Shown here: positions 23,987 to 31,469 of the stretch, in pieces
Numbering within the stretch: the stretch's first letter is position 1
How the letters are laid out: the number at the start of each line of letters is the position of its first letter
Origin: Planctomycetota bacterium
GTDB taxonomy: Bacteria > Planctomycetota > SZUA-567 > H5-PLA8
Length of the DNA: 64,000 bases
Assembly (NCBI GenBank): GCA_026184295.1
Contig: JAHCJK010000002.1
Location: forward strand, 10,946-74,945
Direction: 5' to 3'
Position numbers and translations under genes: made by a program
The notes under the pieces: model-generated
What the model saw: the letters and a program-made list of their open reading frames with translations, nothing else
The model's database searches: none
What the model was told of the DNA's origin: nothing

Positions 23987-25360
23987 ATGCGTGCATGCCT
24001 GGCCGTTCCTGTCTGCCTGCTGCTGGCCGCGCCGGTCTGGGCCGCCACGCCGGCCGCCGCAAAGTTGAAAGACCAGGTGAAGGAGGCGTCCGCACAGGAC
24101 AACGCCCAGGGCGTCGGCGGCGTGCTGGGCCTGCTGAACCAGGCGCTGGCCAAGGCCGCCGAGCAGCGCAACAACGACAACGGGCTGCGCGAATACGAAG
24201 AGATCGTCAACGACTGCCAGGACGCCGTCGCGCAGATGCGTTCGCCCGAGTCCGACAAAGCGTTTACCGTCAATCTTGCGCGCCTGGCCCCCAACGCGCA
24301 GGCGCAGGTGCTCTTCGGGCTGATCCCGCACGATTCCAACTCCGACCTCGACGAGGCCGCCACCAAGGTGCTCGCGAGCACCCGCGATATTTCGGTGATG
24401 GTCGCCTGCATGGACCTGCTGGGCGCGCACAAATACGACGGCGCCGTGGACGCGATCGTCAAGCAGTTGAAGCCCACCCAGGCCGTCTGCGTGCAGGTGG
24501 CCGCGTGCCGTGCGCTGGCCCGCATCCCCGACAAGAAGGCCGTCGCGCCGCTGGTCGAATACCTGCGCCAGCTCAAGGGCAGCCGCATGCGCTACGAAGC
24601 CACTGCGGCGCTGCGCGCGATCACCGGGCAGGACTTCAACCCCGACGCCGCTACCTGGGACGGCTGGTGGAAGAAGAACGAAGCCGACTTCAAGAAGGAG
24701 AATGCCAAGGAACCGGTCTACAACCTCGACCTGACCGTGGACAAAAAGGAAGAACTCTCCTACTACGAGATTCCCATCGTCGAAAACCGCATCGTCTTCC
24801 TCTTCGACACCTCGGGCAGCATGACGCTGGGCGGCAAGCCCAACCGCTTCGAGAAGGCCCGCGACCAGCTCAAGGATCTGATCATGCGCCTGGACGAATC
24901 GCGCGCGCTCTTCAACATCATCCTCTTCAGCGGCAACGTGCGCCGCTGGAACAAGCAGCAGCCGCTGGTCCCGGCCAACGCCATGACCAAAAAGGCCGCC
25001 TGCCAGTTCCTCGACGAGGCCCGGCCCGGCGGCGGCACGCAGACGATGTCGGCCATGGAAGAGGCCCTGCGCGAGGTCGCCTTCATCAACGGGGTCGAGA
25101 CGATTTTTCTCATCACCGACGGCGCGCCGCAGCCGATGCTCCATTCGGACGTGAAGACCGTCGCCGAACTGCCGCGCGGCAACGAGGCCATCAAGCGCCG
25201 CATCGGCTGGATCAACCAGGTGCTGAAGGTGCGCGTACACACCATCGGCATCTACACCCGCGCCGCGGGCGACCCGGCCGAACAGGGCGTGGAGAGCATG
25301 AAGGCCTTCCTCGAAGGCATCGCCAAGAAGAACGACGGCGTCTACAAGGAAGTGCCGTAG
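23987..25360 (+). CDS. von Willebrand factor type A domain protein with N-terminal HEAT-like repeats, secreted
   Basis: Signal peptide MRACLAVPVCLLLAAPVWA. VWA MIDAS motif DTSGSMT. GGAGG 9 nt upstream. ORF track start 23636 trimmed. Confidence 0.75.
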   Translation: MRACLAVPVCLLLAAPVWAATPAAAKLKDQVKEASAQDNAQGVGGVLGLLNQALAKAAEQRNNDNGLREYEEIVNDCQDAVAQMRSPESDKAFTVNLARLAPNAQAQVLFGLIPHDSNSDLDEAATKVLASTRDISVMVACMDLLGAHKYDGAVDAIVKQLKPTQAVCVQVAACRALARIPDKKAVAPLVEYLRQLKGSRMRYEATAALRAITGQDFNPDAATWDGWWKKNEADFKKENAKEPVYNLDLTVDKKEELSYYEIPIVENRIVFLFDTSGSMTLGGKPNRFEKARDQLKDLIMRLDESRALFNIILFSGNVRRWNKQQPLVPANAMTKKAACQFLDEARPGGGTQTMSAMEEALREVAFINGVETIFLITDGAPQPMLHSDVKTVAELPRGNEAIKRRIGWINQVLKVRVHTIGIYTRAAGDPAEQGVESMKAFLEGIAKKNDGVYKEVP

Positions 25361-25500
25361 CGCCCGGCCGTCCCGGACTGCCCGCCGATTTTCTAAAGTT
25401 TTCCTCCGCCCCGGACGATGCCTCCCGATAGTGGCTGGCCTCGTTCGCGCCCTCGCCCGCCCGGCCGAAATTCGACGTCAGGACCCCGCGGAGTCCCGCC

Positions 25501-26235
25501 GTGCGCGTGCTCGACCATTTCCTCTACGGCATCGCGGGCGGCTTTCTGGGCCGCCGGGTCGCGGTGCCGGCGCCGCGCCCGCCGTCCTCGCTGCGGCTGG
25601 TCGCGGCGGCGCTGGGGCTGACGCTGGGGGTCTTCGTCGGGATCGTGCTGCTGATCCGCATCGGCGCGCCGCGCTACCAGCCCGTCCGCAAACTGCTCGC
25701 CCCGATCGAAGCCATCATCGTCCACGAACCGGAGTTCGTCCCCGCCGGCGACGCCGATATCCAGGCGCTGCTCGAGACCGACGCCGGCGTGCCCCTGCGC
25801 GACTGGACGAGCATCGTGCTGCATCATTCGGCCACGGCCGGCGGCAGCGCGGCGAGCTTCGACGCGTACCACCGCACCCACAACGGCTGGAAGAGCCTCG
25901 GGTACGATTTCGTGATCGGCAACGGCAACGAGATGCCCGACGGGGCCGTCGAGGCCGGCCCGCGCTGGCGGCGCCAGCAGCCCGGCGCACACGCCAATTC
26001 CGCCGAGTACAACAACCACGGCATCGGCATCTGCCTTGTCGGCAACTTCGACATCTATCCGCCGACCGAGAAGCAGCTCGCGTCCGCCCGCGCGCTCGTC
26101 GATGCGCTGGCGCGCCGCTTCCGCATCCCCGCCGCGCGCATTTACGGCCACGGCCAGATCCGCGAAGGCGGCGGCACCGCCTGCCCGGGCAAGCTCTTCC
26201 CCATGGCGAAGCTGAAGGACGGGCTGCCGCGGTAG
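25501..26235 (+). CDS. N-acetylmuramoyl-L-alanine amidase (AmpD/Amidase_2 family) with N-terminal TM anchor
   Basis: Amidase_2 motifs (IVLHHSAT, YHRTHNGWKSLGYDFVIG, CPG). GTG start. Confidence 0.8.
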   Translation: MRVLDHFLYGIAGGFLGRRVAVPAPRPPSSLRLVAAALGLTLGVFVGIVLLIRIGAPRYQPVRKLLAPIEAIIVHEPEFVPAGDADIQALLETDAGVPLRDWTSIVLHHSATAGGSAASFDAYHRTHNGWKSLGYDFVIGNGNEMPDGAVEAGPRWRRQQPGAHANSAEYNNHGIGICLVGNFDIYPPTEKQLASARALVDALARRFRIPAARIYGHGQIREGGGTACPGKLFPMAKLKDGLPR

Positions 26236-26308
26236 GTACCCCGTTGCTTCGCGGCCGCCGGTTCGCTAGACTGACACGCGTATTGCAAGGGGCAGAAAGA
26301 AGTTCCTC

Positions 26309-27178
26309 ATGGACCCGCGTTCGACCGAGTCGGACACGATCACCATTACCGAGCACCACGTACAAGAAATGAAGTCCTGCGGGGCCGACATCCTCTGTTC
26401 GGCAGAGACCGCTTTTTCGAAGGGCGTATTGCCCGCGCGGGTGGCCGCGATCCGCGAGAGCATGGCCGCCGAGGGCCTGCCGCCCGAGATCGTCAGCATC
26501 GACGAGATCACCCGTTCGCACGAGTACTTCGGCGGGGCCGTGGGCCTGGCGATTCTCGGATCGATCATCGCCCTGATCGCCGGGACCAGCCGGGGCGTCG
26601 GCTTCGACCTGCTCTGCGTGGGCATCGCGGCCGCGAACGTCGCGCTGCTGATCCCCGCGTGGTATCTCACCTGCACCACTCTGTGCCAGTTCCGCATCAC
26701 CGCCGAAAGCAACGACATGGTCGAGCGGATTCATCAGCATTTGAAGGACAAGCACCCGCAGACCGCCGTGCTTTCGACGAGCTGGCGCTTCCACCTCGAA
26801 TCGGAGGTGCTCGGCGACTGGATCGAAGCGTGCATCGCGCGGGCCAACAAACGCGCCGAACGCGCCGCGCGCGCCTTGGGCGTCGAGATCGTCGGAATTC
26901 TTTCGTATGAGGAGAAGCACGAACTGCCGGAACGGTACTTCACGCCGTCGGAAGACGAGCTTTCAGTGGTAGCGTGCAGCAGCGTGGGCGGCAGAGTAGG
27001 CAGCGGCGTGATGGCGACGCCCAACGTGAGCCGGGTTCGCCAGAGTTCCATCGGCTACGGCGGCGGCGCCTACGCGAACCGCTCGCGCGCCGGCGCGCAC
27101 GTGGTCGTCCGCTACCGCGTGGCCAACTACCAACGCGCGAACGCCGTCCTCCCGCCGCCGGCCAAGGCCGCGGCGTAA
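26309..27178 (+). CDS. hypothetical membrane protein
   Basis: Two predicted TM helices mid-protein; no recognised domain. Confidence 0.45.
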   Translation: MDPRSTESDTITITEHHVQEMKSCGADILCSAETAFSKGVLPARVAAIRESMAAEGLPPEIVSIDEITRSHEYFGGAVGLAILGSIIALIAGTSRGVGFDLLCVGIAAANVALLIPAWYLTCTTLCQFRITAESNDMVERIHQHLKDKHPQTAVLSTSWRFHLESEVLGDWIEACIARANKRAERAARALGVEIVGILSYEEKHELPERYFTPSEDELSVVACSSVGGRVGSGVMATPNVSRVRQSSIGYGGGAYANRSRAGAHVVVRYRVANYQRANAVLPPPAKAAA

Positions 27179-27204
27179 ACGCCGAGGCGTGCCCTGCGCC
27201 CTCC

Positions 27205-27229
27205 CCCCTCTCCCTCGAAGGGAGAGGGG
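27205..27229 (+). terminator. GC-rich stem-loop downstream of 26309..27178 (putative terminator)
   Basis: CCCCTCTCCC / GGGAGAGGGG 10-bp stem; weak U-tract. Confidence 0.35.
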
Positions 27230-27522
27230 TTGGGGTGTATAGCAACGTCGTAAAGTTCTAGGAAAGGCGTCGTGACCGGGGCGGGAGAAAACCACCCCCT
27301 GTTTCATTTTGGGGCGGTAGGGCGTCGTAAATCGAGCTTATTGGCCTTGAAATCCCCGGAAATTCCAATCGGTATGCCAGCCAACCCATCCGGACGGCCC
27401 AAAGCGGAGCTTGCGGAGGGCTAGGGTCTTACGACCACACGGCCTAGGCCGACGTTCCCTCCTACAAGCCACGGTACACCTAACAACCTCCGTTTTGTTC
27501 AGCAAGGGAGCAAATCCTAAGA

Positions 27523-27983
27523 TCATTTAGGGGGTTTTGGCTTGAGCGTCCGGGCCAGGATGCGGGCGACGTCACGGGCTACGTGGCCGACTTGTTCGTC
27601 GAAGCTGGCGCGGCTGACGATCCGGGCGCAGCTTCGCGAGAGCATGAGGTTGACGCCCTGTTCCTGGCTGGGGCGGTAGTCGGTCCGGATGCCGATGATC
27701 GGCCGGCCCTTGGCGGCGGCGTAGCCGACTTCCCAGGCGGTCCCGCTGTCGCTGTCCGGGCCGTCCAGGATGGCCACGACGGCGTGGCAATCGTCCAGGC
27801 CCTTTACGCAGAGCTTGTAGACTTCCCCGAAGTGCCGGCGGTCGTTGTAGCGGGCGTGGGGCTTGAAGTCCTGCGGAAGGAGGACCTTCGCGCCCGGGAG
27901 CGAGGCCTCCAGTTGCGTGGCGAGTTCGCGGTTCCATGTGCGTTCGGCCTGAGTAAAGAGCGGGCCGGCCAGATAAATAATCA
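27523..27983 (-). CDS. nucleoside 2-deoxyribosyltransferase / Rcl (dNMP N-glycosidase)-like protein
   Basis: MIIYLAGPLF N-terminus and DSGTAWEVGYAAAKGRPIIG (catalytic Glu motif of the NDT family). Start coordinate +/-1 nt. Confidence 0.7.
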
Positions 27984-28071
27984 TGGTTCCTGCCCTCTTG
28001 GCTCGGCCCGCCGCTTGGCTCCGACAAAACGCCGCGCCGCGCGCGCCTGATACCCCGGCCGAACCCAAGAT

Positions 28072-28647
28072 TTAAGGCGTTGGCGGGCGCTTGCTTTGCG
28101 AAGCTTCATCGGGTTCGGCATGGGAACCAAGGTAGCCCGCCGGCAAGGAACTTTCAACGGCGAGAGGGAAAACCGTCCATTCCGGGCGCATGACTTTGAA
28201 AAGAAGGATCGCTTCGGCGCGGGCCTCGGCCGCTCGCTCCGCTTCGATCTCAAGGGCAAGCTGAATCACACGCCGGCCGGGGATGCGCGTGTTCCTAATG
28301 ACCAGGTAAAAACTGTCGAATTGTTCGCGAGCCAGGCAGTCCGGCGGCGGTTCGTAGAACTTGAAAAAACGATGCCCTTCGCCTAGGGGCTTAAGCCACT
28401 TCTCGGGATCGAGGGGCTTAGCCTTGTCGCCTAGCGGTATCACATGGGTGGTTTCGACCGGAACACACGTGTCCAAAAAATCGGCGCTCGTACGCCGGAA
28501 ACGCCGACTCACTTCGGCCTTAAATTCGTCCACAAAGTATAGGTTGGTCGGGTCGGGCGGGGCGAAGAAGAGCGCGAGCTTCAATACCGCGGCCAGAAGG
28601 CACGCGCCGATTCCCAAGAGCGCCAAGCGATCCATTAGCCTACCCAT
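28072..28647 (-). CDS. hypothetical membrane-anchored protein (191 aa)
   Basis: N-terminal TM helix LALLGIGACLLAAVLKLALFF then soluble domain. Arg/Pro-rich upstream extension of ORF 28072..29064 rejected. Confidence 0.5.
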   Translation of the reverse strand: MGRLMDRLALLGIGACLLAAVLKLALFFAPPDPTNLYFVDEFKAEVSRRFRRTSADFLDTCVPVETTHVIPLGDKAKPLDPEKWLKPLGEGHRFFKFYEPPPDCLAREQFDSFYLVIRNTRIPGRRVIQLALEIEAERAAEARAEAILLFKVMRPEWTVFPLAVESSLPAGYLGSHAEPDEASQSKRPPTP

Positions 28648-28676
28648 AGCCTGACTTCCTTTCCTCCCCCTGCGAT

Positions 28677-29165
28677 CTAACGCCCGAAGAACCCCTCGTA
28701 GCTGGCCAGCGCTTCTTCCTGGGGCGCGCGGCGGGGACTGCCGGCGAGGATGCCGTCGAGGGCGCGCGCCAGGGCGGCGAGGCCGGCGGGTTGGTAGCGC
28801 GTATGATACGCGCGGCCGGGGCTTTCGCCCGGGTTCAAAAGAACGGGTTCCTGTTCGCAGATCGGGCCGGTGTCGAGGCCTTCGTCCGCCCAAAACCAGG
28901 TGACGCCCGAGACCCGTTCGCCGGCGTGGACGGTCCATCGGATCGCGTCCGGGCCTCGGCGGTACGGTAGGATCGACGGATGGAAGACGAGGACGCCTAG
29001 GCGTGGAGCGCGGAGTTCTTCCGGGCCGAGCTTGCGGGTCAACCGCGGCGCCAACGCGACCCACGCGCCGACGAGCGTCTCGCTGGGAAGGAAGCCCTTC
29101 GATTCTGCCAGGGCCGCGCAGCGCTTACCGTAATCGCCGGCGCCGTCGAACAGGTAGTATCTCAT
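28677..29165 (-). CDS. formyltransferase catalytic-domain-like protein (Fmt/PurN N-domain, truncated, catalytic Asn replaced)
   Basis: PRLGVLVFHPSILPYRRG aligns with PRLGCINVHGSLLPRWRG of Fmt (Asn replaced by Val, His kept). GVTWFWADEGLDTGPI matches GVTIMQMDVGLDTGDM (Asp kept). Only 162 aa. ATGA overlap with upstream gene. Confidence 0.7.
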   Translation of the reverse strand: MRYYLFDGAGDYGKRCAALAESKGFLPSETLVGAWVALAPRLTRKLGPEELRAPRLGVLVFHPSILPYRRGPDAIRWTVHAGERVSGVTWFWADEGLDTGPICEQEPVLLNPGESPGRAYHTRYQPAGLAALARALDGILAGSPRRAPQEEALASYEGFFGR

Positions 29166-30301
29166 GCGTTGGGCTCTCCGTAATACCTGAAACCCTGTAC
29201 GGCGCGGAAATGGCCTCCGTAGCCGGCATTCCCTAGCTCCGGATTTTTGAAGCAACCGCGGGCCGCCGCGGCCTGGAGCGTCCGGATGCAGCGCGCTTTG
29301 TCGTCGCCGTGAAGGCTGGCGGAAACCTGCGTCCAACGGGGATCTCGCCGAAGCGCCGCGGCTAGGCCCGGGTGGCTGGTGTGGAAGAGCGTGAGGAGCG
29401 GGAGCGCGTAGCGATTGAGGCCCTGGCGCCAGCGTTCGCAGAGCGCGTTGAGGAAGCGCAGGCCGACGCCGGCGCCCTGCCATTCGGGCATAACGACGAG
29501 GCGGCAGGCGCGGGCTTCCGAAAGGCCCGGGCGCGTGGAGAAGGCGACGTGCGCGACGGGTTCGCCGTCTACCGTGCCTACGTAGCAGGTCGCGGCGATC
29601 ATCTTGGGAAGTGCTAGATAGTGATGCGGTGCAAAAAGTTTCCAGTAACGCCAATCCGTCTCCCAAAGTTCGAGGTCGAAGCGCGGGCGTCGCCAAAGAC
29701 CCCTCCCGGCGTACTTCCCCGTCGCCGTGTCGAAAACCCAATCGGGTTCGAGCCAATCGAGGATGTCGTAATGGCAGGAGAGCAGGACGCATTGGCCGGG
29801 CGTCCGGCGCCAGGCCTTCTGGAAGGCAAGGGCGCCGACCTTCGCGATCTGCCGGTCCACGACGCTCGTGAATTCGTCCACGACGACGCGGCGCGGGGCC
29901 TGCAGGACGATGCGGGCGAGATCGGCGCGGAAGCGTTCGCCGTTCGAAAGCACGGCGTACGGCCGGAGCCAGGCGGGCACGCTTCCGAGGCCTACGGCCG
30001 AGAGCGCGGCCGTAACGGCGTCGAAGTCGCCGCCGGGCGCGAGGGCGTCGATGATCGGTTCCGCGGCCGGCCAGCCCTGGGGTTTGTAGAGCGCGCCCGG
30101 TCCCCAAAGCGCGCGGCCGATGGACGTCTTCCCCGATCCGGACGGGCCGACGACGAGGCCGAGCTTCCAGGCGCCGTCTTCGACGGGGAGTTCGGCGTCG
30201 AGGTCGAAGTTGCAGCCGGATTCGACGTTGAAGAGGCTTTTGACGCGCGCGGCGCGGTAGCTTTGGAAGTCGCTGCAGCGGTGGCGAATTCGGATGTTCA
30301 T
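29162..30301 (-). CDS. ABC-type ATPase domain fused to GNAT N-acetyltransferase domain (soluble)
   Basis: Walker A GPSGSGKTS, ABC signature LSNGERFRADLARIV, Walker B/D-loop RRVVVDEFTSVVD, H-loop LLSCHYD. C-terminal GNAT motif A RLVVMPEWQGAGVGLRFLNAL. No TM domain. Real start ATG 30301 (ORF track 30307 is GTG). Confidence 0.7.
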   Translation of the reverse strand: MNIRIRHRCSDFQSYRAARVKSLFNVESGCNFDLDAELPVEDGAWKLGLVVGPSGSGKTSIGRALWGPGALYKPQGWPAAEPIIDALAPGGDFDAVTAALSAVGLGSVPAWLRPYAVLSNGERFRADLARIVLQAPRRVVVDEFTSVVDRQIAKVGALAFQKAWRRTPGQCVLLSCHYDILDWLEPDWVFDTATGKYAGRGLWRRPRFDLELWETDWRYWKLFAPHHYLALPKMIAATCYVGTVDGEPVAHVAFSTRPGLSEARACRLVVMPEWQGAGVGLRFLNALCERWRQGLNRYALPLLTLFHTSHPGLAAALRRDPRWTQVSASLHGDDKARCIRTLQAAAARGCFKNPELGNAGYGGHFRAVQGFRYYGEPNA

Positions 30302-30495
30302 ACGCACACCACCTTGCAGCGGAGGCCGCTGCGCGTGAGGCGCGTGTAGGTTCGTTCCTGGGTTCGTTCGTCGTCGCAGACGACGATCACGGCGTACTGC
30401 CGGCGGTACTTGAACGTGACCGCGGCGCGGGCTTTGGGGGCGTGCAGTTTTCGCTTCGGGGCCGGCGCCGGTGCGCCGATACCTGCCTTAGGCAT
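30298..30495 (-). CDS. small basic protein (65 aa), translationally coupled to ABC-GNAT gene
   Basis: ATG with GGAGG immediately upstream (close spacing). TGA overlaps ATG of next gene (ATGA). Basic N-terminus, C-terminal Cys-containing segment. Confidence 0.45.
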   Translation of the reverse strand: MPKAGIGAPAPAPKRKLHAPKARAAVTFKYRRQYAVIVVCDDERTQERTYTRLTRSGLRCKVVCV

Positions 30496-30510
30496 TTCCT
30501 CCAGCCGATC

Positions 30511-30572
30511 TGTGTTCCCTTGAGCGCTTCCGGAAGGTCCGGCGGACGCAAGCCGCCTATTGTGTTCCCTTG
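30511..30572 (-). promoter_or_regulatory. direct repeats TGTGTTCCCTTG x2 (50-nt spacing) in promoter region of the cargo operon
   Basis: CTGTGTTCCCTTGAGCG at 30510-30526 and TTGTGTTCCCTTGGGCG at 30560-30576, 15-65 nt upstream of the small-protein ATG. Confidence 0.4.
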
Positions 30573-30616
30573 GGCGGGCCGTGTTAGCGCACGGTTCCGC
30601 CGGGCTGTCTCCGGGA

Positions 30617-30624
30617 ATTTAACG
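30617..30624 (-). promoter_or_regulatory. ATTTAACG motif copy (CCGGGAATTTAACGCG), upstream of cargo operon
   Basis: One of four same-orientation copies of CCnG(G/T)GA(A)TTTAACG in phage region. Confidence 0.45.
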
Positions 30625-30630
30625 CGCGGG

Positions 30631-31044
30631 CTAACGCTTCCAGCCTTTGCCTTCAACCTTTCCGCGCTGGGGATGCTTGCAGCCGTAGAGGGGCAACGCT
30701 TCTTCCTTCCGGACCATGTTGATCCAGTGGCCCTTGAGCGTGCAGCCGCACCGGTCGCAGAAGAAGCGTTTCTTGCGCTCGTCGAAGCGGTAGTACTCGC
30801 AGGAACGGCAGGTTCCTTCGCGTTCGCGCTGAATCTCTTCCGAGACGTCCTTCGCGGTCAGCATGGCGGAACCGCCCGTGACCAGGCCGGCGAGGGTGAT
30901 TTCCTGTTCGTCGGCGATGATGCGGTTCACGTTGGCCATGAGGCCGGCGCGGTGCGCTTCCCAGCGTTCGGCGGGCAGGATGAAGGCGATGGGTTCGCCC
31001 GAATCCAGACGCCCCATGATCTTTACGAGCTTCTGCTTTTCCAT
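30631..31044 (-). CDS. hypothetical protein with C-terminal Cys4 zinc-ribbon
   Basis: CRSCEYY...CDRCGC motif; abuts next gene without gap. Confidence 0.5.
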   Translation of the reverse strand: MEKQKLVKIMGRLDSGEPIAFILPAERWEAHRAGLMANVNRIIADEQEITLAGLVTGGSAMLTAKDVSEEIQREREGTCRSCEYYRFDERKKRFFCDRCGCTLKGHWINMVRKEEALPLYGCKHPQRGKVEGKGWKR

Positions 31045-31467
31045 TCATTCGCCGCCCGGGATGCACGCGCAGAATTGGAGCACGTTCATGCACAGGTCCA
31101 TTTCTTCGTCGCAGTAACGGTCGATCACCGTGTAGTAGGCGCCCCCCGATGGGCAGTTCCCGCATGCATAGGTCGTGCATCCGGGCAAATCGTCCGTGCC
31201 GCAGGAGTCCGGCTCCGATACGCAGCCCGAAAACGAGACCGTCTCGACGGACTCGTCGCAACCAGGGTTCGTGCAGTCCTCGACCGTGGGATCGCAGGCG
31301 CAGCAAGGGCCGCTTGCGCAGCAGCAATCCGCCAGGCCCTGGAGCGTGCGCATGAGGCCGAGCTTGGCGAAAGCGAACAGGAGGAAGATCAACATCAGGA
31401 AGGCGTGGAGCCAGTTCCTTTCCTGGCCCAAGGCCTGGAGCGACGCGAGCAGTTCGGAGAAGCGCAT
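31045..31467 (-). CDS. membrane-anchored cysteine-rich protein (140 aa, 18 Cys incl. CCC and CCAC)
   Basis: N-terminal TM helix WLHAFLMLIFLLFAFAKLGL followed by Asp/Cys-rich domain. Confidence 0.5.
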   Translation of the reverse strand: MRFSELLASLQALGQERNWLHAFLMLIFLLFAFAKLGLMRTLQGLADCCCASGPCCACDPTVEDCTNPGCDESVETVSFSGCVSEPDSCGTDDLPGCTTYACGNCPSGGAYYTVIDRYCDEEMDLCMNVLQFCACIPGGE

Positions 31468-31469
31468 GG

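Noticed and set aside
27240-27520. Searched for a tRNA/tmRNA gene as prophage attachment site near the phage edge and next to smpB
   Set aside because: No T-loop-like GGTTCGANTCC or cloverleaf-compatible sequence found by eye. ssrA is not adjacent to smpB in this window.
28648-29064. N-terminal 140-aa Arg/Pro-rich extension of ORF 28072..29064
   Set aside because: Composition (RRPRxPxR repeats) is non-protein-like and it overlaps the formyltransferase-like gene. An internal ATG at 28647 gives a compact TM protein.
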